Assembly: GCA_902578385.1 (NCBI GenBank)
Contig: CACHCR010000001.1
Coordinates: 146,371 to 210,370, forward strand
Direction: 5' to 3'
Origin: an uncultured Fidelibacterota bacterium
GTDB lineage: Bacteria > Fidelibacterota > Marinisomatia > Marinisomatales > Marinisomataceae
Length of the DNA: 64,000 bases
Translations under genes and position numbers: made by a program
In this document: positions 10,333-20,236 of the stretch, in pieces
How positions within the stretch are numbered: position 1 is the first letter of the stretch
Layout: each line of letters begins with the position of its first letter
The notes under the pieces: model-generated
Seen by the model: the letters and a program-made list of their open reading frames with translations, nothing else
What the model was told of the DNA's origin: nothing
Databases searched by the model: none

Positions 10333-10357
10333 GTTGAGTTGATGTAATAAAAAAGAA

Positions 10358-10801
10358 TTATTCAACAATCATGTAGCCACGCATTGAACCTGCATGCGCA
10401 ATGTATGTACATACATACAAATATTTACCAGGTTTTTTAGGTGCTTCAAACTCAATGGTTGTTTCTTCTTGTTTATCTATCAATATAGATTTTACTAAAA
10501 TACGACTATCGTCGTAAGGATCTCCACCATTACCTTCAGCAAGTTGAATTATTTGTGGAGCAGCTGACTCATCTTTAAAAATCACAATGTTATGCTGCAT
10601 TTCTCCCATAAAGTCTAAAGGTGAATTGTTTTTTAGAACAATTTTTACTTTTGAACCCGCTTTTACAGTGAATTCTTCAACATCGTATTTCATCTCAGAA
10701 CCTAATGATCCAATATTTACTACCTGTGCTTCTTGTGGAGCTCCACCACCGCATGCAATAAATATGAATACTGAAAGTATTAACAATAATTTGTTATACA
10801 T
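10358..10801 (-). CDS. Azurin-like type 1 copper (cupredoxin) lipoprotein
   Basis: Lipobox ...FIFIAC/GGG. MQHNIVIF resembles azurin MGHNWVL. The C-terminal YVCTYIAHAGSMRGYM gives Cys-His-Met copper-ligand spacing like azurin FFCTFPGHSALMKG. Confidence 0.7.
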   Translation of the reverse strand: MYNKLLLILSVFIFIACGGGAPQEAQVVNIGSLGSEMKYDVEEFTVKAGSKVKIVLKNNSPLDFMGEMQHNIVIFKDESAAPQIIQLAEGNGGDPYDDSRILVKSILIDKQEETTIEFEAPKKPGKYLYVCTYIAHAGSMRGYMIVE

Positions 10802-10814
10802 TATTTCCCCTCTT

Positions 10815-11678
10815 TCATTTTAATTTTGGAATCAGTGAATTACTATTTTCCATATATTTTTTATAATCTGGCCTACTTTGCATCATTGCTTGATCCATTA
10901 TAGGGCCAGTAATATAATAAAAAATTGACCCCATAATCAATGGACTTAAAAATGCGCCAGAAATGAGCAGTAAATTTTCGCTCGAAATACTAAAAGTAAA
11001 AATACTAATCCAAACAACAAGGTCTCCAAAATAGTTTGGATGTCTTGAATATTTCCACAAACCTTTTTTACAAATTTTACCTTTATTTTCTGGATTTTTC
11101 TTAAAAGCTTTTAATTGTAAATCACTAATTGATTCCCATGCCAATCCAACAAAAAAAATGGACGAAGAAATCATAGTTTCCACAAATGATAAAGGTTTTT
11201 CATTTAGGTATCCAAAATAAATTGATACTCCTACCAAGGTACATAAGCCTCCTTGGAGTAAAAAGACTCTAAAAAAACTCAACAACCAATAGTTTTTTCC
11301 ACCTTCATTTCTCCACTCTATATATCTAAAATCTTCGCCATGACCAATATTTCTAAATCCAATATGTGATGCAAGTCTTATCGCCCAAAGTGATACTAAG
11401 AAAAGGATAAACAATGATCTTTCGGAATAAATTTGATCCATTGATATTATTAAAGATGAACCAAGAACTACAAAAGCTGGACCCCAAAATATATCAACAA
11501 TGCTTGCGTCTTTTACAATTAAGCTAATGATCCATAACACCGTCATAAATGCAACGACTGAACTGAATCCAACTAGCAGGTGGTGATTAGATAAGATTTG
11601 ATTGTTTGGTGTTGATATGTATGACAAGATTACAATAAGTAAAATAGTAATACAGTTCATGATGATAATTCTTTTCAT
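10815..11678 (-). CDS. DUF1295 / steroid 5-alpha-reductase-like membrane protein
   Basis: Polytopic membrane protein with the C-terminal motif YSRHPNYFGD typical of this family. Confidence 0.6.
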   Translation of the reverse strand: MKRIIIMNCITILLIVILSYISTPNNQILSNHHLLVGFSSVVAFMTVLWIISLIVKDASIVDIFWGPAFVVLGSSLIISMDQIYSERSLFILFLVSLWAIRLASHIGFRNIGHGEDFRYIEWRNEGGKNYWLLSFFRVFLLQGGLCTLVGVSIYFGYLNEKPLSFVETMISSSIFFVGLAWESISDLQLKAFKKNPENKGKICKKGLWKYSRHPNYFGDLVVWISIFTFSISSENLLLISGAFLSPLIMGSIFYYITGPIMDQAMMQSRPDYKKYMENSNSLIPKLK

Positions 11679-11679
11679 T

Positions 11680-11976
11680 TTAATACCTTAAAATTTCTAT
11701 GTTATTTCCCGATCTATCTTTTATATATACAGATACAGAACCATCTCGGTGTGTTACAGGTTCTCCATAATCTTCTACATTATCTTTAAGAATAGCAAAA
11801 TGAAATGGATGTTGATCTGGCAATACTAACGCAAGTTTTACATTTTCGAATTCAAGCATTGCCCATGTTTCATCCTGATATAAAATGTCACATTTAAAAT
11901 TCTCAGTATACCAAATAACAGATTTTTCAATACTGTCTGTACAAATTGCAACATGATCTAAAATATCTCTTTTCAT
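11680..11976 (-). CDS. Small VOC (glyoxalase/bleomycin-resistance) family protein
   Basis: 98 aa. LDHVAI.. at the N-terminus and a beta-alpha-beta-beta-beta pattern ending in ..GNNIEI. Confidence 0.55.
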   Translation of the reverse strand: MKRDILDHVAICTDSIEKSVIWYTENFKCDILYQDETWAMLEFENVKLALVLPDQHPFHFAILKDNVEDYGEPVTHRDGSVSVYIKDRSGNNIEILRY

Positions 11977-12032
11977 TTTACCTCTTTTTAATTGAAATAT
12001 AAAATTTTGATAGTGAAAATTAATAAAACAAT

Positions 12033-12665
12033 ATGTATTTTGATAATACTATGAATGATAAAATTCCAATTTTTCCACTACCTCTAGTTTTACTACCTGG
12101 CGAAAAGCTACCTCTACATATCTTTGAAGCAAAATATAAAAAGATGATAGAATATTGTTTAAAGCATAACCAAAAATTCGGTATCGTTAATTCCAGAAAC
12201 AATGATACCCTTTCAATAGGATGTACAGCTGAAATCACTCAAATTACTGCTGCAGAAGGGGATACTGGAGAGTATGACATATTAGTTACTGGCGTTGAAC
12301 GATTCATTGTTAAAAGTTATAACTATTCAAAAGATTATAAGCAAGCATATGTTAAAACTTGGCAAGACATAGATGATTCAATCGATGAAACTTTACTTCA
12401 AGAAACCAATGTATTTTTATATGAAGTTCTGATGAAGCTGGGAGCTTCTGCAAAAATTTCTCAAATAAATATGCCTAACGCTGCATTTGAAATAGCATCA
12501 ATGCTTGATATAGACAAACGTGCAAAAAAAATGTTATTAAAAAGTCAATCTGAAAAAGATAGACTTATCATTCTTAAAAGAATTTTAAAAAAAGCGATTG
12601 TTAAAATTGATTATGATGATCCAGCTAAAGTTGGGTATCATAATTATTCTCAGTTTGAAGCTTAA
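12033..12665 (+). CDS. LON N-terminal substrate-binding domain protein
   Basis: IPIFPLPLVLLPGEKLPLHIFEAKYKKMI matches the LON-domain N-terminal signature. The real start may be M7 (12051). Confidence 0.7.
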   Translation: MYFDNTMNDKIPIFPLPLVLLPGEKLPLHIFEAKYKKMIEYCLKHNQKFGIVNSRNNDTLSIGCTAEITQITAAEGDTGEYDILVTGVERFIVKSYNYSKDYKQAYVKTWQDIDDSIDETLLQETNVFLYEVLMKLGASAKISQINMPNAAFEIASMLDIDKRAKKMLLKSQSEKDRLIILKRILKKAIVKIDYDDPAKVGYHNYSQFEA

Positions 12666-15600
12666 GCTCGTTTCTTTTTATTGCTTGATATCAAATTAAT
12701 AAAGTCGTCAATTACAACATAAGATACTGGCACAAGAAGTAAAATTACAAATGTAGCAAATAGAATCCCAATTCCTAACGAAATTGCCATAGGTTTAAGG
12801 AATAGTACCTGTGTTGACTGATTAAATAGTAAAGGAGCAATTCCTAAAAATGTTGTTAGAGATGTCAATATTACTGGTCTAAATCTTGATCGAACAGCAT
12901 CAATTACTGCTTTTAAAGTACTATCCCCTTTTTCTTTAGCTCGATTAACAAATACAACTAATAATAAGCTGTCATTAACTACAACTCCTGAAAGTGCGAC
13001 TACTCCCAAAATTGATAAAACAGACATTGGTTGAAAGAGCATTAGATGTCCTAAGATAGCACCTACCATACCAAACGGTATAGCTGAAAGAATAATTAAT
13101 GGCTTAAAATATGATTTCAGTGGAATAGCCAACAAAACAAAAATGGTGAAAATTGCTAAACCAAATTTTACAAATATATCTTGAAGTTGCTCAGCTTGTT
13201 CAGCTGCTTCTCCTGCCAGAGCAAAAGATACATTAGGCTCTTTATTTAAAATATTTTTAAAGTCTTTGATAGGATCTCCTTCAGGTCCAAGCATTGAAGA
13301 TAAAATCATTGTCGATGTATTTTTACTAATATCTACATCCGAAGTGATTTCAACAACTCTCTTTCCATCAATTCTTTGAATCGCTGATTTTCCAGGAATT
13401 TCTTTTACTTTTGCAACTGCATACAATGGAATTTTAATACCTGTATTGGTCCTAATTCTTAAATTTTCAAGCGTCCTAGCATTATCTCGTTCACTTTTAG
13501 TTAGTTTGAGCATTACTTTTATATCATCATCTTGACGTTGAATTCTTTGGACTTCTTCACCATAGAAGGCTTGCCTGACTTGTTTTGCAATCATTGCAGT
13601 AGTTAGTCCATATGATTCTGCTGCTGGTAAAAGTTCAATTTGAAGTTCACTTTTACCAATTTTATCTGAATCGGTTAAATCATATATACCAGCATAATTA
13701 TTTAATAAAGATTTAGTTTGACTAACGACTCGATTCAAGTCATCAAAGTTATTACCAGAAAATTCAAAATGAATTGGTTTACCAGCACTAAAGATGTTTG
13801 CACTAAAGTTCAATCTTTCAACACCAGGTATAATACCAATTCTATCTCTTAAAATATTAATAATATCATATGCTCCAGTTAGGCCCCATCTACTATCAGC
13901 TGGTGTTAAAATGATAACTATTTCTCCTAAGTGAGGTGTTGAGCTTGCTTGGACTGTAGGCCCTGTTGGGCTATTTTCAGCTTCCTGAGCACTAAAGTAT
14001 TGATCTCCCACAGTTGTCAAAACATGAGAGATAATTTTTTTATTGTTTTCCGAATTTAATTCATTTTTAAGCTTAAGAGCTTCGCTTTCAACCATTCTTG
14101 TTACTTTTTCGGTAGTACTAATTGGTGTTCCTTCAGGAAGGTCTAGAACAATTGCAATTTCTTCAGCCTCTAAAACAGGAAAAAATTGCCATTTCACCCA
14201 ACCGCCAGCAAGCAAAGAAAAGGAAACTAGAAGCACTCCAACAAAAATTGAAATAGTTTGATAACGATTTATAATAGATTTTTTAACTAATGGAAGCCAC
14301 CTATTATCTATAAATTGATATAATTTTTCTGAAAAATAATTTCTTAGAATACTTAGCATTTTCCCAAACTTCACAAATCTATATTGGAACCATTCGCCAG
14401 CATGATTTAAGTGGGCTGGCAAAATCGTTGTTGATTCAATTAAAGAAAATACCAGAATTGGTATAGCAGTTAAAGGAAATGTTCTCCAAATTGGGCCTGT
14501 ATCTCCAGCTAAATCAAGCATAGGCGCAAAAACTACTATTGTAGTTAGAATACCAAAAAATACAGGAAGCATAACTTCCATTGTACCTTTTATTGTTGAA
14601 GTGAAGTTATCCTCATTAAGTTTTATTCTTCTCCTAAAAACGTTTTCACCAACAATAATCGCATCATCAACTACAATTCCAAGAACCACAATAAACATAA
14701 ATGTTGATAATACATTAATTGTAACCCCTAACATTGGTAGTAATAATAATGCCCCGCCAAATGAAATTGGAATTCCCATGGCAACCCAAAATGCAACAGA
14801 TGGTCTTAAAAACATTGTCAATAGAATAAGTACCAAACACATCCCTATTGCAAAATTTTTATATAGAATATTAATTCTATCTTCTAAAAATCTTGCCTGA
14901 TCATACCAATAATCAATCTGAATATTTTCAGGCATATCATTTTTCTTATTTTTTACAAAATTTCTCAGCTGATTTGCTGCGGTCAAAACATCTTGATTCC
15001 CAACAAGATTTGCACTTATAAACATTGCACTAGTACCATTCCATTTAAAAAATTTATCAACTTCTTCAAATGTATCCTTTATTATGGCGATATCTTTTAA
15101 AAGAAGAGTACTCCCGTTAGCATTGGTTCTAATTACAATATTCTCAAATTCGTTACCTTTATATGATTGACCAACAGTGCGAATTAATAAATCACCTTTT
15201 GTGCTTGAAATCACACCTCCAGGCAAATCTATTGAACCCATATTGATAGCAAAGGCAATTTCATCAAATGTTAGATTATATTTTTCAAGGTTATTTTCAG
15301 AAATTTCAATTGAAATTTCTCTATTTCTATTACCATAGATCTCAGTGAATGAAACTTCGCTAAGATTTTTTATTTCCTCATTAATGCTTTTTGTCACACT
15401 CAATAAAACATTTTCATCAACATCACCATGAACTACTACATCTAATACTTTTTCAGTGATTTCTAGTTTTTTGACAATTGGTTCTTCGCTATTCTCCGGG
15501 AAAGTTGTAATTCCATCAATAATAGTTTTTATTTCTTCAAATGTATTATCGAAATCTGCACTTGCAAAAATTCTAACACCTACAACACCTCTGCCTTCTA

Positions 15601-15859
15601 GTGAATTTGAACTTATTTTTTTAATTCCAGAAACACCTTCTAGCCTATCCTCAATTTTAGAAGAAATTGAAGCTTCAACTTCCGATGCAGATGCTCCAGG
15701 ATAAGGTACAACAATAGTTATAACTTTAGGGTCAGGTGTCGGGAAAAATTCAGCTTTAATTGAAGGGTAAGATATAAAAAATCCTCCAACTATTAGAAAA
15801 AACATAAATAGGTTTGCTGGAACACTATTATTAACGAACCAAGTAACTATACCACGCAT
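12662..15859 (-). CDS. RND efflux transporter, inner-membrane permease (AcrB/HAE family)
   Basis: 1065 aa with 12-TM/two-large-loop architecture and a typical N-terminus (..FVNNSVPANL.MFFLIVGG). Confidence 0.85.
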   Translation of the reverse strand: MRGIVTWFVNNSVPANLFMFFLIVGGFFISYPSIKAEFFPTPDPKVITIVVPYPGASASEVEASISSKIEDRLEGVSGIKKISSNSLEGRGVVGVRIFASADFDNTFEEIKTIIDGITTFPENSEEPIVKKLEITEKVLDVVVHGDVDENVLLSVTKSINEEIKNLSEVSFTEIYGNRNREISIEISENNLEKYNLTFDEIAFAINMGSIDLPGGVISSTKGDLLIRTVGQSYKGNEFENIVIRTNANGSTLLLKDIAIIKDTFEEVDKFFKWNGTSAMFISANLVGNQDVLTAANQLRNFVKNKKNDMPENIQIDYWYDQARFLEDRINILYKNFAIGMCLVLILLTMFLRPSVAFWVAMGIPISFGGALLLLPMLGVTINVLSTFMFIVVLGIVVDDAIIVGENVFRRRIKLNEDNFTSTIKGTMEVMLPVFFGILTTIVVFAPMLDLAGDTGPIWRTFPLTAIPILVFSLIESTTILPAHLNHAGEWFQYRFVKFGKMLSILRNYFSEKLYQFIDNRWLPLVKKSIINRYQTISIFVGVLLVSFSLLAGGWVKWQFFPVLEAEEIAIVLDLPEGTPISTTEKVTRMVESEALKLKNELNSENNKKIISHVLTTVGDQYFSAQEAENSPTGPTVQASSTPHLGEIVIILTPADSRWGLTGAYDIINILRDRIGIIPGVERLNFSANIFSAGKPIHFEFSGNNFDDLNRVVSQTKSLLNNYAGIYDLTDSDKIGKSELQIELLPAAESYGLTTAMIAKQVRQAFYGEEVQRIQRQDDDIKVMLKLTKSERDNARTLENLRIRTNTGIKIPLYAVAKVKEIPGKSAIQRIDGKRVVEITSDVDISKNTSTMILSSMLGPEGDPIKDFKNILNKEPNVSFALAGEAAEQAEQLQDIFVKFGLAIFTIFVLLAIPLKSYFKPLIILSAIPFGMVGAILGHLMLFQPMSVLSILGVVALSGVVVNDSLLLVVFVNRAKEKGDSTLKAVIDAVRSRFRPVILTSLTTFLGIAPLLFNQSTQVLFLKPMAISLGIGILFATFVILLLVPVSYVVIDDFINLISSNKKKRA

Positions 15860-17002
15860 TTATTTATAAACTGGGTTAACTTTTATTCCATTAGAAGCCG
15901 TAGAAAGTTTAGATGTCACAATTCTTTCACCTGCTCTGATACCTTCTTTGACAATTACAAAGTCACTATATTTTTTTAAAATAGATAATTCCCTTAATTC
16001 TAATTCATTATTGCTATCAACAATATATACTACATTATTTTCTGAAATAGCAGTAACAGGAATTTGAAAAACATCATTTAGCTTTATCCCATCAATTTTT
16101 GCTTCTACAAATAAACCAATTGGAAGATTAGATTGATTTGTCTCAATAAAATCATTTTCAAAAACTGCGATTAGATTTATCATTCTTGTTATGGGATCAA
16201 TAACTCCATCAACTCGTTCAAGCTTGCCTTGCCATGATTGAATTTTGCCTTTATAAAAACTTTCTATTTCAACCAATGCTTGTTCACTAGAATCTAGTTT
16301 TCTTCCATCCATCGGTATACTTAAGAATTGTAAATCATTATCTTTTATAGCTAATGTAATTTCAATTTCACTAGATGTATACATTGCGCCAACAGGTTGA
16401 CCAGGAATAATAGTAGTACCTAAGTCAATATTAACATTTTGAATTCTTCCAGCATATGGAGCAACAATTTCAGTTTTATTTAATTTTTTTTCTGCAGAGC
16501 TAACTTGCGCTTTAGCAACTTCTAGCAATGCTTCAGCTTGTTTCAGTTGAGGTTTTTTAAGCATCAAATCACTAGCTATCCCATCGCCCATTTTTTCCCA
16601 GGCTTCTTTTGCAACTTCAGCTTCAGCTAATTGTAGAGAATACTGCACTTCTGCATTTGCTAATTGTAATAAAGCATTTTTGTATTGGAGTTGTAAATCT
16701 GTATCATCAATTTTTGCAAGAATTTCACCCTCAATAACTGAAGAACCCTCCGAAAACTTTTTAGAACGATAAATTACTTCTCCACCAACTTCTGCATTGA
16801 GAATTGTTTGTGTTAGAGGGGTAGTGGTACCGCTAGATATAATTTTTACTTGAAAATCTTTCGGTGTCAAAATTTCAACGATTACATCAGGAGCTGGAGA
16901 TTCTTCTACGGGATCAGGTTGAACTTGTCCTAAAAACCAAAGTATATAAGACAAAAGCATTGCTCCTAATAAAATAAATAGTGGTTTTAATTTTTTAATC
17001 AT
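15860..17002 (-). CDS. RND efflux periplasmic adaptor (membrane fusion protein)
   Basis: 380 aa with an N-terminal anchor, a coiled-coil hairpin (LQLANAEVQYSLQLAEAEVAK...), and lipoyl/beta-barrel segments. The gene abuts the RND permease. Confidence 0.8.
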   Translation of the reverse strand: MIKKLKPLFILLGAMLLSYILWFLGQVQPDPVEESPAPDVIVEILTPKDFQVKIISSGTTTPLTQTILNAEVGGEVIYRSKKFSEGSSVIEGEILAKIDDTDLQLQYKNALLQLANAEVQYSLQLAEAEVAKEAWEKMGDGIASDLMLKKPQLKQAEALLEVAKAQVSSAEKKLNKTEIVAPYAGRIQNVNIDLGTTIIPGQPVGAMYTSSEIEITLAIKDNDLQFLSIPMDGRKLDSSEQALVEIESFYKGKIQSWQGKLERVDGVIDPITRMINLIAVFENDFIETNQSNLPIGLFVEAKIDGIKLNDVFQIPVTAISENNVVYIVDSNNELELRELSILKKYSDFVIVKEGIRAGERIVTSKLSTASNGIKVNPVYK

Positions 17003-18420
17003 TTTTTATATTTAAATCCTCCGCCAAGAGCTAAAATTAAATTGATTCTCTGTTCTATGCGAATCTTTTCTATTCTTGCTTTCAAATCCAGATTATCATA
17101 AAGCGCGTTATTTGCATTTATTGCATCCTCGAATGTAGAAGATCCTTTTATAAATCCTTCAAGTGTAGTTGTATAAATACTTTCAGATAATAAAATATTC
17201 TGATTTATGATATCTAGAGATTCGTTTGAGGTTAAATCTGAATCTAATCCACTTTCAACCTCTTTGTAAGCAGTTAATAAGGCATTTATAAAGTCAAGCA
17301 TAGCAATTTCTTTGTTAGATTTTGCAAGTTTTTTATTAGCTATAAGTTTACCAGCATTAAAAACAGGTATAAAAACGTTGAGTCCTTTATTCCAAACTGC
17401 AAAATCTTCATTAGTTAAGTCTTGTAGGTCATTTGAAGATCCTCCATAACCTCCTGTTAAATTAAATGTTGGAAATAATGTTAGTAGAGCCTGCTTATCT
17501 AAAGCATTTGTAGCAAGCAAATTATATTGTTGAGCAATTAGATCAGGCCTTCTTTTAACGATATCCGCTGGAACAGTATTTGGAATATTTGGTATTTTTT
17601 TAGGGAAATTACTACTAACTAAAAATTGAGTTGAGGGATAATCTTTTACAAGCAACTTAGCTTCTCGTTTAAGCATATTTACCGCTAAACGTTTATTATT
17701 ATAATCGGATTTAGTAGCATTGAAAATAATTTCAGATTGCTGGTAAGCTTCAATAGAAATACTTCCTTTATTATAGCGCAAAGAATATAATTCAAAGATT
17801 GTTTCAGCATTTTTAAGTTTTTTTGACGCATTGTTTAATACTTGTTCTGCTTCAATAATTGAAAAGTAGAGTTTGGCTGCTTCAGCACTAAGAGAGAGCT
17901 TAAGAAATTCTTCATAGTGTTTAGCTGATAAGTATTGTTGTTTTGTTGCAATTCTACCTTGACGAAGTTTACCCCATAAATCAATTTCCCATTGAGTACC
18001 AAGAGATAAGTTATAATTTTCTTGAGTAAATACAGTTACTTCATCTGATGATTGACCTAATAAGGTTGAAAATATTGTGGGGATACCAGCAGTATTCTGT
18101 TCTGATTCAACGACACCACTACTTATAGAAATTGAAGGCAATAAGCTACCTGTTGCTATAACTGAAGCTTGCTTGGCTTTTCTTGTATTAAGCATTGCTT
18201 TTTCAAGATTTATATTTTCATCCATGAATTCATTCATATATAAACTAAGATTATCGTCATCAAAATTATTCCACCAATTTTCGCTGAAATTTATACTTTC
18301 AGAAACACTTAATTCCCATTCTAGGGGTATTTTAATATCAATAATATTTTCAGGATTTAGAGGGTTTTTTGAAGCGCAACTAAAAAAAATGAGAGCAGAA
18401 AAGAAAATTTTTTCTCTCAT
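16999..18420 (-). CDS. TolC/NodT-family outer-membrane efflux lipoprotein
   Basis: 473 aa with lipobox FFSC/ASK and a duplicated OEP repeat structure. It overlaps the MFP gene by 4 nt. Confidence 0.75.
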   Translation of the reverse strand: MREKIFFSALIFFSCASKNPLNPENIIDIKIPLEWELSVSESINFSENWWNNFDDDNLSLYMNEFMDENINLEKAMLNTRKAKQASVIATGSLLPSISISSGVVESEQNTAGIPTIFSTLLGQSSDEVTVFTQENYNLSLGTQWEIDLWGKLRQGRIATKQQYLSAKHYEEFLKLSLSAEAAKLYFSIIEAEQVLNNASKKLKNAETIFELYSLRYNKGSISIEAYQQSEIIFNATKSDYNNKRLAVNMLKREAKLLVKDYPSTQFLVSSNFPKKIPNIPNTVPADIVKRRPDLIAQQYNLLATNALDKQALLTLFPTFNLTGGYGGSSNDLQDLTNEDFAVWNKGLNVFIPVFNAGKLIANKKLAKSNKEIAMLDFINALLTAYKEVESGLDSDLTSNESLDIINQNILLSESIYTTTLEGFIKGSSTFEDAINANNALYDNLDLKARIEKIRIEQRINLILALGGGFKYKK

Positions 18421-18421
18421 C

Positions 18422-18958
18422 TTATTTACTCATTAAGTATTCTGAAATTTTAAAAAGCGATAATAAGCTAATTGCCCATGCTATGCTTATAAATCCATAA
18501 GAAAAATATGTATTTGTTACTTCAGCAGCTCCAATACCTTCGCCTGCTAAATATGCTAAAGGAGCAAGAAGACCATAAAAACAAATTAGAGGATATCTTC
18601 CGATTAAGAATTTCATAACGTGATTTATTTGAGCTGTGAACCCTGCCCACATACAAACAATCCACAAGGGAGCAAGATTAGGAGCAAATTCTAATGTCCC
18701 ATTGTATTTAACAATTCCTAATAATGAAAAGCTTGAATCAACAATTAATCCAAAAATTATTGAAATTAGAATCAACTGTATTTCTTCTTTTAGATGGTCG
18801 GTGACAATTAAAAAATGTAAAAATAAAAAAATAAAGGTTGGGATTATTGCAATAATTGGGTCTCCTTTAGCACCACTATATACACAGGAAAACCACACAA
18901 TAGTGAAACCTACATAATTAATCATTATGTTTGACTTAGAAAGAATGTAATTAATCAT
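18422..18958 (-). CDS. Polytopic membrane protein, unknown function (possibly DUF2878-like)
   Basis: 178 aa with about 5 hydrophobic helices, tightly packed between the SRPBCC gene and the efflux genes. The family guess is from memory only. Confidence 0.4.
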   Translation of the reverse strand: MINYILSKSNIMINYVGFTIVWFSCVYSGAKGDPIIAIIPTFIFLFLHFLIVTDHLKEEIQLILISIIFGLIVDSSFSLLGIVKYNGTLEFAPNLAPLWIVCMWAGFTAQINHVMKFLIGRYPLICFYGLLAPLAYLAGEGIGAAEVTNTYFSYGFISIAWAISLLSLFKISEYLMSK

Positions 18959-19491
18959 TACTTGAATTTATCTTTAATAGTTTGAAATCTGAAATTAAAG
19001 ATTTGATTTAATTGAGGTTTAATTAAAACAGGATGTACTATTAATCTAAAAGCTTGAATTGGTAATGCATAAGTAATTTCATCAATAATAAGTACACCCC
19101 CTTCAACCTCTTTAAATGTGTGTTTATGGTGCCAATAACTATAAGGCCCTTTTAGCTGTTCATCCACAAAATATTCATTTTTTTTATAACTAGTAATCAT
19201 TGTTCTCCAACGCATAGGAACACCCATTATTTTTACAGTGTAATCAATTATTGCACCTTCTTTCATATCAATTGGAGTAGGAGTAATAATATTAAATCCC
19301 ATAGATGATGGGGTAATCTTTTCAAGATTCTCTGGTCTAGAAAAAAATTCGAATACTGTATCAAGATCACTTGGAACAAATTGTTCCTTATAAAACGTAT
19401 AAATTTTGGGTTGTCTTAAAAAAGAAACAATTAGAACTATAAATAGAATAGCTAATACTGAAACTAATATATTTTTTTTATTGATTTTCAT
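18958..19491 (-). CDS. Membrane-anchored SRPBCC (START/Bet v1-like) ligand-binding protein
   Basis: Conserved stretch FEFFSRPENLEKITP...MGVPMRWRTMITSY...FVDEQLKGPYSYWHHKHTF is typical of the SRPBCC family. I trimmed the start to M15 (ATG 19491) because the longer ORF runs into tRNA-Phe. Confidence 0.65.
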   Translation of the reverse strand: MKINKKNILVSVLAILFIVLIVSFLRQPKIYTFYKEQFVPSDLDTVFEFFSRPENLEKITPSSMGFNIITPTPIDMKEGAIIDYTVKIMGVPMRWRTMITSYKKNEYFVDEQLKGPYSYWHHKHTFKEVEGGVLIIDEITYALPIQAFRLIVHPVLIKPQLNQIFNFRFQTIKDKFK

Positions 19492-19501
19492 AATTAAGAA
19501 G

Positions 19502-19574
<73 letters not shown>

Positions 19575-19645
19575 AACAAAAATGTTCGAAAAGCTAAGCA
19601 ATATTAGTTATTTAAAAAACACATAAATATTTCTTAGTTTAAGAA

Positions 19646-20236
19646 ATGAAAAAAATTGTTATTGCTTCTTCAAATAATCACAAAGTATCTGAAATTTCTG
19701 TAAAGATTCAACCATTTTTTGATAAGATATTATCTTTGTCAGATTTTCCAGAAATTGGAGAAATAATTGAAGATGGAAACACTATTGAAGAAAATTCGTT
19801 TAAAAAATCAAGGGCTTCATTTGAACATACTAATATAGCTTCCATTGCAGACGATACTACTTTGGAAGTAGACGCTTTAAATGGAGATCCTGGATTGTTT
19901 ACAGCTAGATACGCTGGAGAGAAAGCAACCTATGAAGAAAATATGACAAAACTGTTAGATAATTTAGATGGCATTGAAGATAGTTTACGTACTGCAAGAT
20001 TCCGTACTATTATATCATTTGTGGATGGTAAAAATGATTTTCATGTTGAAGGAAGATTAGAAGGAAGAATTTTAAACAAAAAAATTGGAAATAATGGATT
20101 TGGATACGATCCAATTTTCCAATCCACTGAATTCAAAATGTCTTTAGCTGAAATGGATTCAAAATTAAAAAACGAAGTTAGCCATAGAGGATTAGCAATA
20201 AAAAATTTCATTTCTAAAATTCGCGAGATTAAATAA
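19646..20236 (+). CDS. rdgB: Non-canonical purine NTP pyrophosphatase (RdgB/HAM1 family)
   Basis: 196 aa. IASSNNHKVSE, ADDTTLEVDALNGDPG and GFGYDPIF are Ham1 signatures. Confidence 0.85.
   Translation: MKKIVIASSNNHKVSEISVKIQPFFDKILSLSDFPEIGEIIEDGNTIEENSFKKSRASFEHTNIASIADDTTLEVDALNGDPGLFTARYAGEKATYEENMTKLLDNLDGIEDSLRTARFRTIISFVDGKNDFHVEGRLEGRILNKKIGNNGFGYDPIFQSTEFKMSLAEMDSKLKNEVSHRGLAIKNFISKIREIK

Noticed and set aside
12020-12238. 72-aa minus-strand ORF overlapping the LON-domain gene start
   Set aside because: It is antisense to a gene with a clear family signature and has no supporting motif.
14043-15704. Plus-strand ORFs (72, 99 and 82 aa) inside the RND pump gene. The same applies to 9842..10090, 10587..10823, 18077..18436 and 18636..18917.
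   Set aside because: All lie antisense within long, family-assignable genes. Such ORFs are typical in AT-rich DNA, where stop codons are depleted on the antisense strand of coding frames.
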